IMG/VR virus record: IMGVR_UViG_643692013_000008 | Location: 1-64,000 of that record | Strand: one strand, 5' to 3' | Source of the DNA: a virus | Taxonomy: Duplodnaviria > Caudoviricetes | DNA: 64,000 nt | Shown here: piece after piece, positions 1-8,148 of the stretch | Position numbering within the stretch: position 1 is the first letter of the stretch | Layout: each line of letters starts with the position of its first letter | Notes under the pieces: model-generated | Databases searched by the model: none | Told to the model about the DNA's origin: nothing | The model's input: only the letters and a program-made list of their open reading frames with translations | Made by a program: the position numbers and the translations under genes

Positions 1-3
1 ATG

Positions 4-39
4 AAAAAGCCCGCACAACCCATTGATTGTGCGGGCTTG
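4..39 (-). terminator. Intrinsic terminator downstream of the displaced tRNA 3' end
   Basis: AAAAAGCCCGCACAA...TTGTGCGGGCTT hairpin with A-tract (U-tract on the minus strand). Confidence 0.8.
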
Positions 40-42
40 ATT

Positions 43-90
<48 letters not shown>

Positions 91-434
91 AGCCGCGAAA
101 TCTCCCGCAATCGCCCGCCCAGCAACGTTTCCAAGCATTCCGCCCCCAACTCAGTGCTCAAGAAATAAGCACGCTGTCATGCGGAAAGAGCACGGATGAT
201 AGCGCACTTATTGGAGGATCACCTCTGACGATCTCTACCTAAGTGGCATGGTTCCAACGGCGGTCACGCTTGAGGCATCGCGGCAAGGACCTGACGCAGC
301 AGTCCCGGCGCCTCGTCGCTACCACATCGGTCGCGTACAGTGAAGCCCTTCGTAGCTGGCGAGGCATGCACGAGCTTCGTCCAGCTTTCGTAGCTCGGAC
401 GACAAAGGGGATCCAACGGTCGAAAGGAAACTTC

Positions 435-1586
435 CTATGCAAAGTGTGATACCCCAGAATATCTGGGATTTTTAACGACGCTTACGTTCCATCCCATCGA
501 GAAATTCACGCCGTCAACACCCGCCTGGACGGTTCCATACGCACACACTGCGGACACAAGGGTAATCCTCGAAGAAATACGCCCTTTCGCCGCCAACGAC
601 TCGATCGAGGAACGAATTTTCTTTGTAAGCTGTTGATCAAGATGGTTTGCCCCAATCACGACCACACCTCCCGCGTCACCAGTTAATTGCTTGGCCGCCT
701 CTTTTAATTGCCCCTCGATCTTTTCCTCAACTCGACCAAGATCCGGAACAGCATTTGGCCAATGAAATACATTTGGCGCCTTTATCTCGATAGACGCACT
801 CCGAGATGAAGTTAAATTCAAATACAAATCAGCAGATTTTCCCGCTGCACTTTCTGCCTTAGTGATGCCCACACTATTCCCATTTCTTTCCAAATATGAA
901 CAACACAAGAGCATAGCTATAGTGTGATGATATTCGTTACAAAGAGCAGGCCCGATCACATCCTTAAAAAGCGGATGATGCTTCCAACTAGAGGACAATT
1001 CAAGCCACTGCGCGATGTACCTAACCACCATCGCATCGTCCCCTCCGAAATCAAAGCTTTTCCTCTCTACCCCCTGAACGAGGCGATCAACGGCCCACGC
1101 GAGTGGACACCGCATGAAAAATCTATTTCCATTCTTCCTTGCTCGCTCCGCAGTGCCAAGCACACCTAGGAACGCCCCTCCGGTCCAGAATATTAATTCC
1201 GCCTTTAATTTTTCGATCCATTCGACACTTAACTCAAACCCTCCGTGCTGAGGAACAACGCCGGAATTCCTACGCACCCTCTCTATTTCTTGATCACAAG
1301 TTAGTGAATTTTCACCAACACCAAGATCCAGTGTTCCATTTAACCGAAATCGCCCTGAATCTCCCATTGAAATCAAAGCCAATGGCAATGGCTCGATGTC
1401 ACTCCAACTATGAGTAGTAGATATTGCGTGACATTTATAGCACTCAATATCAAGACCAATGAGCCGCCGAGGCTCATATCGCTCGACCAGAACATTTCCA
1501 CACTCTCTGCACACAAAATTACCTTCCCCCGCGCCCCGAAAGAGAGGCCCATCGTTGCACTGCACCAACACCGGTCTTGATTTCAT
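435..1586 (-). CDS. AT-rich accessory protein: N-terminal Zn-finger, C-terminal PD-(D/E)xK-like nuclease motif
   Basis: 383 aa; CRECG and CYKCH pairs; ADL...IEIK motif; visibly lower GC than the phage core. Confidence 0.7.
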   Translation of the reverse strand: MKSRPVLVQCNDGPLFRGAGEGNFVCRECGNVLVERYEPRRLIGLDIECYKCHAISTTHSWSDIEPLPLALISMGDSGRFRLNGTLDLGVGENSLTCDQEIERVRRNSGVVPQHGGFELSVEWIEKLKAELIFWTGGAFLGVLGTAERARKNGNRFFMRCPLAWAVDRLVQGVERKSFDFGGDDAMVVRYIAQWLELSSSWKHHPLFKDVIGPALCNEYHHTIAMLLCCSYLERNGNSVGITKAESAAGKSADLYLNLTSSRSASIEIKAPNVFHWPNAVPDLGRVEEKIEGQLKEAAKQLTGDAGGVVVIGANHLDQQLTKKIRSSIESLAAKGRISSRITLVSAVCAYGTVQAGVDGVNFSMGWNVSVVKNPRYSGVSHFA

Positions 1587-1845
1587 CTTAGAGGTTTAGT
1601 TGCAGATTAATTGTCAGAGAAACAAAATACCCACCCTGCTTAAAATTATCGCCCCCCCAAAAACGCACCGCTCCACTTAGCGCAGCATTATAGAAAGTTA
1701 TCCTGTGCACCATAGCACTTCAAGGCCAACAGTTATAACAACAAAGTTCACGAGGTTGATAGCTCGTTAGGTGCGCTGCAAGTTCTAGACATCGTTGACC
1801 CTCTTTTTTCGCCTTGACGCGTCCATCCTATCTCGAATTGAATAC

Positions 1846-1861
1846 CTGTACATTCATACAG
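1846..1861. promoter_or_regulatory. LexA (SOS) box
   Basis: CTGTACATTCATACAG = CTGT-N8-ACAG, 15 bp upstream of the 1877 start. Confidence 0.82.
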
Positions 1862-1876
1862 GATCAGAGGTAGAAA

Positions 1877-2344
1877 GTGGGCGCGAGGCAGAAACCGAAC
1901 TGGGCCTACATCTGGGAATTCGACTGCCCGATCAGCGGAACGCGCCAGCGCACGTACACCCCGCTGACAGCAGAAGAATTCACGCTCGAAATCTGCCAGC
2001 TCATTCCGGACGTCAACGCAGTCAGGATCGAAGGGACGCAGGTCGATCGGAACGTCGTGCCTGCCGAGCCGGAAGACCCGCCGCCGCTGGAGCGTAAGCG
2101 CTTCCCCGAGTTCCAGCAGCCCACGCGCGCCGAACTGCGAGAGCTGTGGAAGTTGTATCCGGACAATCACGTCGTGCGCCGGACCATCCTTGAGCTGATT
2201 CGAACGCAGGGCCGATTTCATGAGGCCGAGCGGTTGCGGCAGTCCATCCAAGCTGTCTGGCGCGAGGAAGTCGGCGGCCATCTCGTCGCAATGTATCAAC
2301 TGAGACTGCTTCTACAGGAAGAGACAAGGGCCGCCGACTGGTGA
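1877..2344 (+). CDS. SOS-inducible hypothetical protein
   Basis: 155 aa, GAGG RBS, LexA box upstream. Confidence 0.75.
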   Translation: MGARQKPNWAYIWEFDCPISGTRQRTYTPLTAEEFTLEICQLIPDVNAVRIEGTQVDRNVVPAEPEDPPPLERKRFPEFQQPTRAELRELWKLYPDNHVVRRTILELIRTQGRFHEAERLRQSIQAVWREEVGGHLVAMYQLRLLLQEETRAADW

Positions 2345-2373
2345 TGCCCGCACTGCCGGGCGGGCACCTTGGT

Positions 2374-3165
2374 CTAGAACAGCCCCGCCGGCTCCGCCGA
2401 CACATCCCAGCTGAAGACGATCAACTCCCGCCGAGGCACCGAGCGGCCGCCCCCGCTCACCGTGTACTCGATGTCGACCGTCTCGACATGGAAGCCGTCG
2501 AAGATCCGGCGGGTCTCGGGATGGTCGTTCACGCTGAGAATGGCCTTCCCCTTCAAGGCGCGCATGCGGTCTGCGACCGCCCCGTACTCGCTCACGGGAA
2601 ACGGGACGCCATACCCCGTCATCTCGAGATACGGAGGGTCCATGTAGAAAAACGTGTGGCCGCGATCGTACCGATCGACGCAATCCCGCCAGTCCAGTTG
2701 CTCGATGCAGGTCGCCGCCAGCCGGAGATGGGCAGACGACAGCGTCTCCTCAATCCGCCACAGGTTAAGCCCAGGCGGCGACGTTGTGGACGTGCCGAAC
2801 GTCTGCCCTTCCACCTTGCCGCCGAAGCACAGCTGCTGCAAGTAGAAGAACCTGGCCGCTCGCTGGATATCCGTCAGCGTCTCGGGTGGCGTCTTCTGCT
2901 GCCACTCGAACATCGCCCGACTGCTCAGCGCCCACCTGAACTGCCGGACGAACTCCTCGGGGTGGACCTTGACCACCCGGTACAGGTTCACCAACTCGCC
3001 GTTGACGTCGTTGATGATCTCAACGTTCGCGGGCGGCCGCATGAAGTACAACGCGGCCCCGCCAGCAAACACCTCTACATAGCACTCGTGACGCGGAAAC
3101 CGCGGTATGAGCTGATCCGCGAGACGGCGCTTTCCGCCGATCCAGGGAATGATAGGTAAAGCCAT
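2374..3165 (-). CDS. DNA adenine methyltransferase (D12/Dam class)
   Basis: WIGGK, EVFAGGA, NDVN and DPPY motifs; GGAGG RBS. Confidence 0.93.
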   Translation of the reverse strand: MALPIIPWIGGKRRLADQLIPRFPRHECYVEVFAGGAALYFMRPPANVEIINDVNGELVNLYRVVKVHPEEFVRQFRWALSSRAMFEWQQKTPPETLTDIQRAARFFYLQQLCFGGKVEGQTFGTSTTSPPGLNLWRIEETLSSAHLRLAATCIEQLDWRDCVDRYDRGHTFFYMDPPYLEMTGYGVPFPVSEYGAVADRMRALKGKAILSVNDHPETRRIFDGFHVETVDIEYTVSGGGRSVPRRELIVFSWDVSAEPAGLF

Positions 3166-3199
3166 CCGTGACAAACCTCCGATTATTGCTACAATCGGC

Positions 3200-3298
3200 C
3201 CGCCCCCCGGGGGTGGCAGGGCCTTGGCCTGTCACTGGCGCGTTCAGTGATGGGTGGCCACATCGGTGCTGCAACACCGATGCCGGTCGCCCTGTCTT
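3200..3298 (+). ncRNA. Candidate structured small RNA divergent from dam
   Basis: Extended -10 TGCTACAAT (3187-3195), then three stacked hairpins ending in a G-U-containing long stem (3252-3292). Confidence 0.4.
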
Positions 3299-3307
3299 AC
3301 AACTCCC

Positions 3308-4111
3308 TCACGGCATCGCCGCGAGGCTCCTGCTGGTTTCCCTGTACCCGTCGTCGAAGAGCCGCTGCCGGACGGCGGGCGCCATATCTCGGTCGAACGA
3401 GCTCGCGTAGCCGGTCGGCACGCTGACGATCATCGCCCCGCTCTGCTCGTCCGCCGCCATCCTGGCCGCCTCGTTGGACGCCAGCATGAGGTCGATCACC
3501 CGCGACGCGATCGTGCGCAGCCCGTAACGGCCTGGCGCGAGCGGGGCGTCATCGGACCTCAGGAACACGCCCAGACGCGGCACCTCATCCACGGTCAGAT
3601 CGCTCACGGGGATGTTGTCGGCCGTGCCGCCGTCGACGAGCAGCGCGCCAGCGGCGGCCACGGGCGGAAAGACGAACGGAATCGACGCGCTCGCCCGGGC
3701 CGCGAGCGCGATCGGCACTGCCGGCGTCGTGGCGCGCGACAGCTGGAATTCGCGCTCCGTCAGAAGATCGGCCGCAACGATCTTCAATCCGACGTCGATC
3801 TGGTCGAACGTCCGCCCTCCCGTCTGCTGCATGAGGAACGCCAGCATCTCGTCGCCGCTGCAGAGCGCGTTGACCCGGATTACAGACCAGGCCGAGAACC
3901 GCATCATCGGTGACCAGTCGACCGACATGCAGAGTGTGTGCATGTCGGCCAGCGACATGCCGCTGGCGTAGAGCGCAGCGACGATCGAGCCGCCCGACGT
4001 GCCGGCGAGCTCGACGACCTCATACCCGGCATCGGCAACCGCCTGCAGCGCACCGAGGTGCGCCGACAGGCGGAAGCCCGAGCCGCTCAAGGCAACTCGG
4101 ATCTGCTTCAT
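3308..4111 (-). CDS. Patatin-like phospholipase
   Basis: SGSGFR oxyanion loop, GTSGG (GxSxG) nucleophile, ASASIP and DGG motifs; ATGA-coupled to the upstream lipoprotein. Confidence 0.92.
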   Translation of the reverse strand: MKQIRVALSGSGFRLSAHLGALQAVADAGYEVVELAGTSGGSIVAALYASGMSLADMHTLCMSVDWSPMMRFSAWSVIRVNALCSGDEMLAFLMQQTGGRTFDQIDVGLKIVAADLLTEREFQLSRATTPAVPIALAARASASIPFVFPPVAAAGALLVDGGTADNIPVSDLTVDEVPRLGVFLRSDDAPLAPGRYGLRTIASRVIDLMLASNEAARMAADEQSGAMIVSVPTGYASSFDRDMAPAVRQRLFDDGYRETSRSLAAMP

Positions 4112-4587
4112 TGCGCGGCCGCCGAGCTAGCCGGCACTGCTTCGCTGGCCGACGCGGGGGGCGCCGTAGCGGCCGCAGTCGTCGCCGACGCCTGGCCGTA
4201 GACCGACAGGGCCTGCGTAACCGACAGTTGCAGCACCCCGAGTGCCGCGATCGCGATCGGCTTCTGGTTGTCCGGGATCAGCTTCGACGCGAGCACGGCC
4301 GTCTCGATCGCCGGGATGCCGGTGCCGATCAGGGCCTGGGCGGAGGTCACCGTAATCGACGTTGCGGCCGTGCAGAACAGCCCGTTCGCGGCCGCCGCGG
4401 CCGAGACGGCCGGGTCGATCGCGGCCACTGCCACGAGCGTCGGCTGCACCACCGTGCAGCCGTTCTTCACAGCGGTCTGGAGCGTCGCCAGCGCGCCGGC
4501 AACGGATTGCTGGGAGGCGGTCGAGCAACCGGCCAGGGATGCGACGGCCAGCACTGCGCCTGCCGCGAGCAGCATGAGCTTCTTCAT
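4108..4587 (-). CDS. Lipoprotein, possible unimolecular spanin
   Basis: MKK + hydrophobic core + LAGC lipobox, Ser at +2; hydrophobic segment near the C-terminus; 159 aa. Confidence 0.75.
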   Translation of the reverse strand: MKKLMLLAAGAVLAVASLAGCSTASQQSVAGALATLQTAVKNGCTVVQPTLVAVAAIDPAVSAAAAANGLFCTAATSITVTSAQALIGTGIPAIETAVLASKLIPDNQKPIAIAALGVLQLSVTQALSVYGQASATTAAATAPPASASEAVPASSAAAQ

Positions 4588-4660
4588 GGTTAGTACCTTC
4601 GGGAATGCCGCGAGCGCGGCGGGTGGGAAAAGCGTGGGTGCGTGGACGTCAGATGAGGCG

Positions 4661-4984
4661 TTACTGCAGGGTGGGCACCGGCGGCCGGCCAGTGGGCGCC
4701 GACGCCGAGGCCTGATCCGATGCGCCGCTCTGCGGTACCGCGACAGCGACCGATATCCCGGGCGAGGGCTTGATATCGACGGCGTCCGAAGTCGGGGGCG
4801 CCCCGGGCGAGGATGCGCCGCTGTCGCCTGCCCCCCGTCCCTGGGAAACGTGCTTACCCAGGAAGGTGAGGCCCGCGGCCAAGGCCGCGACGTAGCCTGG
4901 CGCATCCGCCTTACCCATCAGGACGAGCGCGCCCCACGCCCCATACAGCAGCACTGCACCAACAAAAACCAGCAGCATGTACAT
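4661..4984 (-). CDS. Small two-TM membrane protein (holin/antiholin-like)
   Basis: GGAGG RBS; two hydrophobic segments, then a Pro/Ser/Ala-rich tail. Confidence 0.65.
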   Translation of the reverse strand: MYMLLVFVGAVLLYGAWGALVLMGKADAPGYVAALAAGLTFLGKHVSQGRGAGDSGASSPGAPPTSDAVDIKPSPGISVAVAVPQSGASDQASASAPTGRPPVPTLQ

Positions 4985-4998
4985 CCGAACCTCCGGCA

Positions 4999-5024
4999 TA
5001 AAAAAAGGCCGCTCGCGGCGGCCG
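4999..5024 (-). terminator. Intrinsic terminator after endolysin
   Basis: GGCCGC-stem hairpin followed by T7 on the minus strand. Confidence 0.7.
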
Positions 5025-5045
5025 GGTGGTGAATTACACGCGACG

Positions 5046-5501
5046 TTAGCCGTCGAGCGCGCTCAGGTTGTGCGACTTGATGATGGCGATGATCTTCGCC
5101 GCATAGTTCGGGTCGGTGGCGTAGCCAGCCGCCGCGACTGCGGTCGCGAACGTCGTGCCGCTGGTGTACGCGAATGCGGCGGCGTAGCGGGGATTGACGA
5201 TCAGGAACTGTGCGTGATCGTTGAGGCTCGCGAGCCAGTCGGAATAGACGCGCCACCTGGCTGTCACGGTGGTCGGCTTCCCCGCCACGTACTCGGTCGT
5301 GGGCAGCATGACCGTCGGCCCCTTCCACGAGCCGTCTGCCTTCACCCCAAACAGGTTGAAGTAGCGCTGGGCGAGCTGCGAGGAAGCCCACCCGGACTCG
5401 AGCGCGGCCTGCGCAACAACGAAGCTCGCCGGGATCTTGGTGGACGTCGCCAGTTGGCACGCCGCCGGCGAGATCGCGTTGATGAAGTCATTCGGTGTCA
5501 T
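5046..5501 (-). CDS. Endolysin, GH73 (FlgJ-like glucosaminidase/muramidase)
   Basis: AQAALESGW, NLFGVKA and GYATDPNY motifs. Confidence 0.92.
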   Translation of the reverse strand: MTPNDFINAISPAACQLATSTKIPASFVVAQAALESGWASSQLAQRYFNLFGVKADGSWKGPTVMLPTTEYVAGKPTTVTARWRVYSDWLASLNDHAQFLIVNPRYAAAFAYTSGTTFATAVAAAGYATDPNYAAKIIAIIKSHNLSALDG

Positions 5502-5503
5502 GG

Positions 5504-5911
5504 TCACCCCAAGAGGAACGTGAAGGCCGCATGCGCCCAGTCGGGCACCGGCTCGTGATGCAGGTAGCGATAAATGACGATGGCGACCAGCGTGAACGCG
5601 GCCAGTTGCCCGACCACGTTGCGCATCAGAAATCGCCATGCATCGGCAATCCGGCAGAGCGCACGCATCACCTTCTGACCGCCCTGCCACGTCTCGACCA
5701 TGGACTGCGTATTGGCCACGACGGTGTCGAGCTTTCCGTCTTGTATCCGGAGGTGTTCGTCCTGCTGCCGAAGGTGTGCGTCCTGGCGCTCGAGGTGACT
5801 CCTGACCTGCGCCTCCATCTGGTTCATTCGTGCTTCCAACTTCGAGAAGCGGCGGTCTCCGCTGCGCAGTCGCTCCTCGACGCCAGCGTTGGTCGATCTT
5901 TGTTCAGGCAT
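5504..5911 (-). CDS. Putative holin (coiled coil + C-terminal TM)
   Basis: Directly upstream of endolysin; hydrophobic VVGQLAAFTLVAIVIY segment. Confidence 0.6.
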   Translation of the reverse strand: MPEQRSTNAGVEERLRSGDRRFSKLEARMNQMEAQVRSHLERQDAHLRQQDEHLRIQDGKLDTVVANTQSMVETWQGGQKVMRALCRIADAWRFLMRNVVGQLAAFTLVAIVIYRYLHHEPVPDWAHAAFTFLLG

Positions 5912-5941
5912 TTGATCCCCGGGAAAGGAAGTGCAGCGCGC

Positions 5942-7912
5942 TCAGGTTCCAGTGCAAACGAACTGCACGACGTCGGTTCCGGTGCCGCTCAAAGCGAACG
6001 AGGTGCCGGAGGTTTGTGAGATGCGCACCGCGTTGGTAGCGGTCGTGTCGGTGGCCGTGCATGCATAGCTGGTCGACGAGGTATAGGCAGCTGCGCCCGA
6101 GAGCGTGACCGTGGCCGCGCCCGAGGCGAGTGTCGCCGTCCCCTTCACCATGTGCGGCGCGTTGGCGGCCGCGCCGGAGGTCGAATACAACGGCATCGCG
6201 CCGGTGCCGGTCGCGGCCAGGTTCCCGTAGACGGCGGCCGAGCCTCCAACCTGCAGCTTGTTAGTGCCGTCGTCCGTGCCGCCGACGAGCAGGCGGCCGC
6301 CGTATTTGGTGAGATTGATGTTGAACTTCGTCCCGGCTGACGCCGTGTTGTATGCCTCGACCGCGAGCTCGGATGCGGTGTCGGAATAGAAGCTCGCCGT
6401 GGCCGAGTTGCTCAGCTTCATCTGCACCGCGCCGCCGCCCTTGGGACTGAGCGTCACGGGAATCGTGGCGTCCGAGCCGATGGCGGCCAGCGCTGGCGAC
6501 GAGCCGGCCGCAGCACTCATCGAGCTCAACGAGTTGCCGCTGTTCACGGACTGGTAGAAGCTTCCCGATCCGGTGAGATTGAACGGCGCGGAGTAGTTCG
6601 ATGCGCTGTCGAGCTGCGCGCCGAAGATCTGGTTTCCGGCAGCGCCGTTGATCTCGGCGACGCACGATGTTGCGTTCGTCACCCCGTATGTCTGGCAGCC
6701 GAGCCCCATGGCGGTATTGTTCGACGAGCCATCCAGCACGAGGCCGCGCTGAAGGCTGTTGATCGACTCGATCCACGTCGATGCGATACGCGTGTATGCG
6801 GAGTTCTTGATGTACAAGACGTCGCCGAGCGCGTTGTCGATCGTGTTGCCAAAGAACCCGAAGTCGTTGTTGTTCCCTGCCAGGCGCACGACGTTGATCG
6901 ACGCGTTGTAGGGATGCGAGTTCTGGATCATCGTGGTCTGCGCGCCGGGGTTGGCGTAGATGCAGTAGTTCACGACGAACCCGCCGTTCATGATGAAGCC
7001 GTCGATCGTCGAGTCGGATGCGAACGCCCCCAACTCGATCCCGGCCTTGCCGGCAGTCGTCGAGTAGATGCGGATGTTCTTCAGCCGCACGTCGTGCATG
7101 TAGACCGACGTCGTCGGGTTGCCGTCGATCTTGATCGACGAATAGCCGGCCGGGACATTGTTGAAGGCCAGGTTCAGCAGGTCGAGCGTCTGCGCGAACG
7201 TGGTGTCGAGCGTGTTCGCGGTGCCGGCGGTGCCGTCGAACTTCAGATCACGGATCGTCGAGTGCGAGTCGAACGTGAAGGCGCCCGCGATCGCCGGATA
7301 GCTGATCGAGCCGCCCGTCTGGATCAGGACACTGTTCGGGCCGTCTCCGTAGAGCGTGAATCCGACGGTCTGCGGCAAGACCAGGCCGCTCTCGCGATAC
7401 TGGCCCGCCGGGATATAGACGGTCTTCGCTCCCGAGTTCAGCGCGGCCTGGATGCAGGCCGTGCTATCGGCTACACCGGTTTTGTCGCAGCCCGGGAAGT
7501 CGAGGATGCTCACCACGTCGCTCAGCTTGCTTGCGACCGAGCGGCCGCCGGCGCCGGACAGCGATGCCTGGAACTGCAGATTGCCGGTCGCGCCCAGCGC
7601 CGTGGTCGCGCCGGTGCCGCCCGAGGCAAACGAAAGAGGCGTCGAGAACGAAACGCTCCCCGTACTGGTCAACGTCGCGAAATTGCCGGTCGAGAAGTTG
7701 CCCGTCGCAAACGACGCCGTGGTGCCGTTGAGCGGCCCCGTGAGGGTTCCACCCGCCACCGGCAATGCGTTTGCGGCAACGCGGCTGAATGCCGTGTTCA
7801 ACTGCTCCGCGGTCAGCACCTGGCCAGGAACAAACTGCCCCATCGCGAGATGGGGCGCACAGACGGCTACCAGCGAGACCGCGAGCAGCAGCGTTTTGAA
7901 AATGCGATTCAT
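5942..7912 (-). CDS. Tailspike-like right-handed beta-helix glycanase with N-terminal signal peptide
   Basis: VSILDF..D.TG..DST..IQAA pectate-lyase-3-type cap, N/G/I-rich rungs, fibre motifs GGTLTGPL and GGTGATT; GAGGA RBS. Confidence 0.85.
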   Translation of the reverse strand: MNRIFKTLLLAVSLVAVCAPHLAMGQFVPGQVLTAEQLNTAFSRVAANALPVAGGTLTGPLNGTTASFATGNFSTGNFATLTSTGSVSFSTPLSFASGGTGATTALGATGNLQFQASLSGAGGRSVASKLSDVVSILDFPGCDKTGVADSTACIQAALNSGAKTVYIPAGQYRESGLVLPQTVGFTLYGDGPNSVLIQTGGSISYPAIAGAFTFDSHSTIRDLKFDGTAGTANTLDTTFAQTLDLLNLAFNNVPAGYSSIKIDGNPTTSVYMHDVRLKNIRIYSTTAGKAGIELGAFASDSTIDGFIMNGGFVVNYCIYANPGAQTTMIQNSHPYNASINVVRLAGNNNDFGFFGNTIDNALGDVLYIKNSAYTRIASTWIESINSLQRGLVLDGSSNNTAMGLGCQTYGVTNATSCVAEINGAAGNQIFGAQLDSASNYSAPFNLTGSGSFYQSVNSGNSLSSMSAAAGSSPALAAIGSDATIPVTLSPKGGGAVQMKLSNSATASFYSDTASELAVEAYNTASAGTKFNINLTKYGGRLLVGGTDDGTNKLQVGGSAAVYGNLAATGTGAMPLYSTSGAAANAPHMVKGTATLASGAATVTLSGAAAYTSSTSYACTATDTTATNAVRISQTSGTSFALSGTGTDVVQFVCTGT

Positions 7913-7927
7913 GGTCCTCTTCCCCGG

Positions 7928-8143
7928 TCAGTTCGACGACGTCGGCGCCACATTGGTCAAGCTGCCGTTCACGACATACCAGCGCTGCCCGTCGTTCGGG
8001 TGCCAGTCAGCGTCGTCGGTGATGGGCAGCATCTGGGACTCCGGGAAAGCCTTGAGCGGATCCTCTGCGTAGCCGTAGGCCTCGGTGTCGATCCAGCCCA
8101 ACACCGCCTTCACCTGCGCGTCGAAATATGCGTATCGAGCCAT
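7928..8143 (-). CDS. Tail fibre assembly/chaperone-like protein
   Basis: Small acidic ORF right after the fibre gene. Confidence 0.6.
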   Translation of the reverse strand: MARYAYFDAQVKAVLGWIDTEAYGYAEDPLKAFPESQMLPITDDADWHPNDGQRWYVVNGSLTNVAPTSSN

Positions 8144-8148
8144 CGTGA

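Noticed and set aside
239-449. Two overlapping ~67-aa ORFs near the left att
   Set aside because: No RBS or motif; they lie in the att arm region
2341-3159. Plus-strand ORF coupled to the SOS gene and antisense to dam
   Set aside because: Typical antisense shadow of a GC-rich gene; not coupled to any downstream gene, so not counted as a bridge ORF
3308-4111. CBASS CapV effector
   Set aside because: No CD-NTase or Cap2/3 genes in the window; context is the lysis operon
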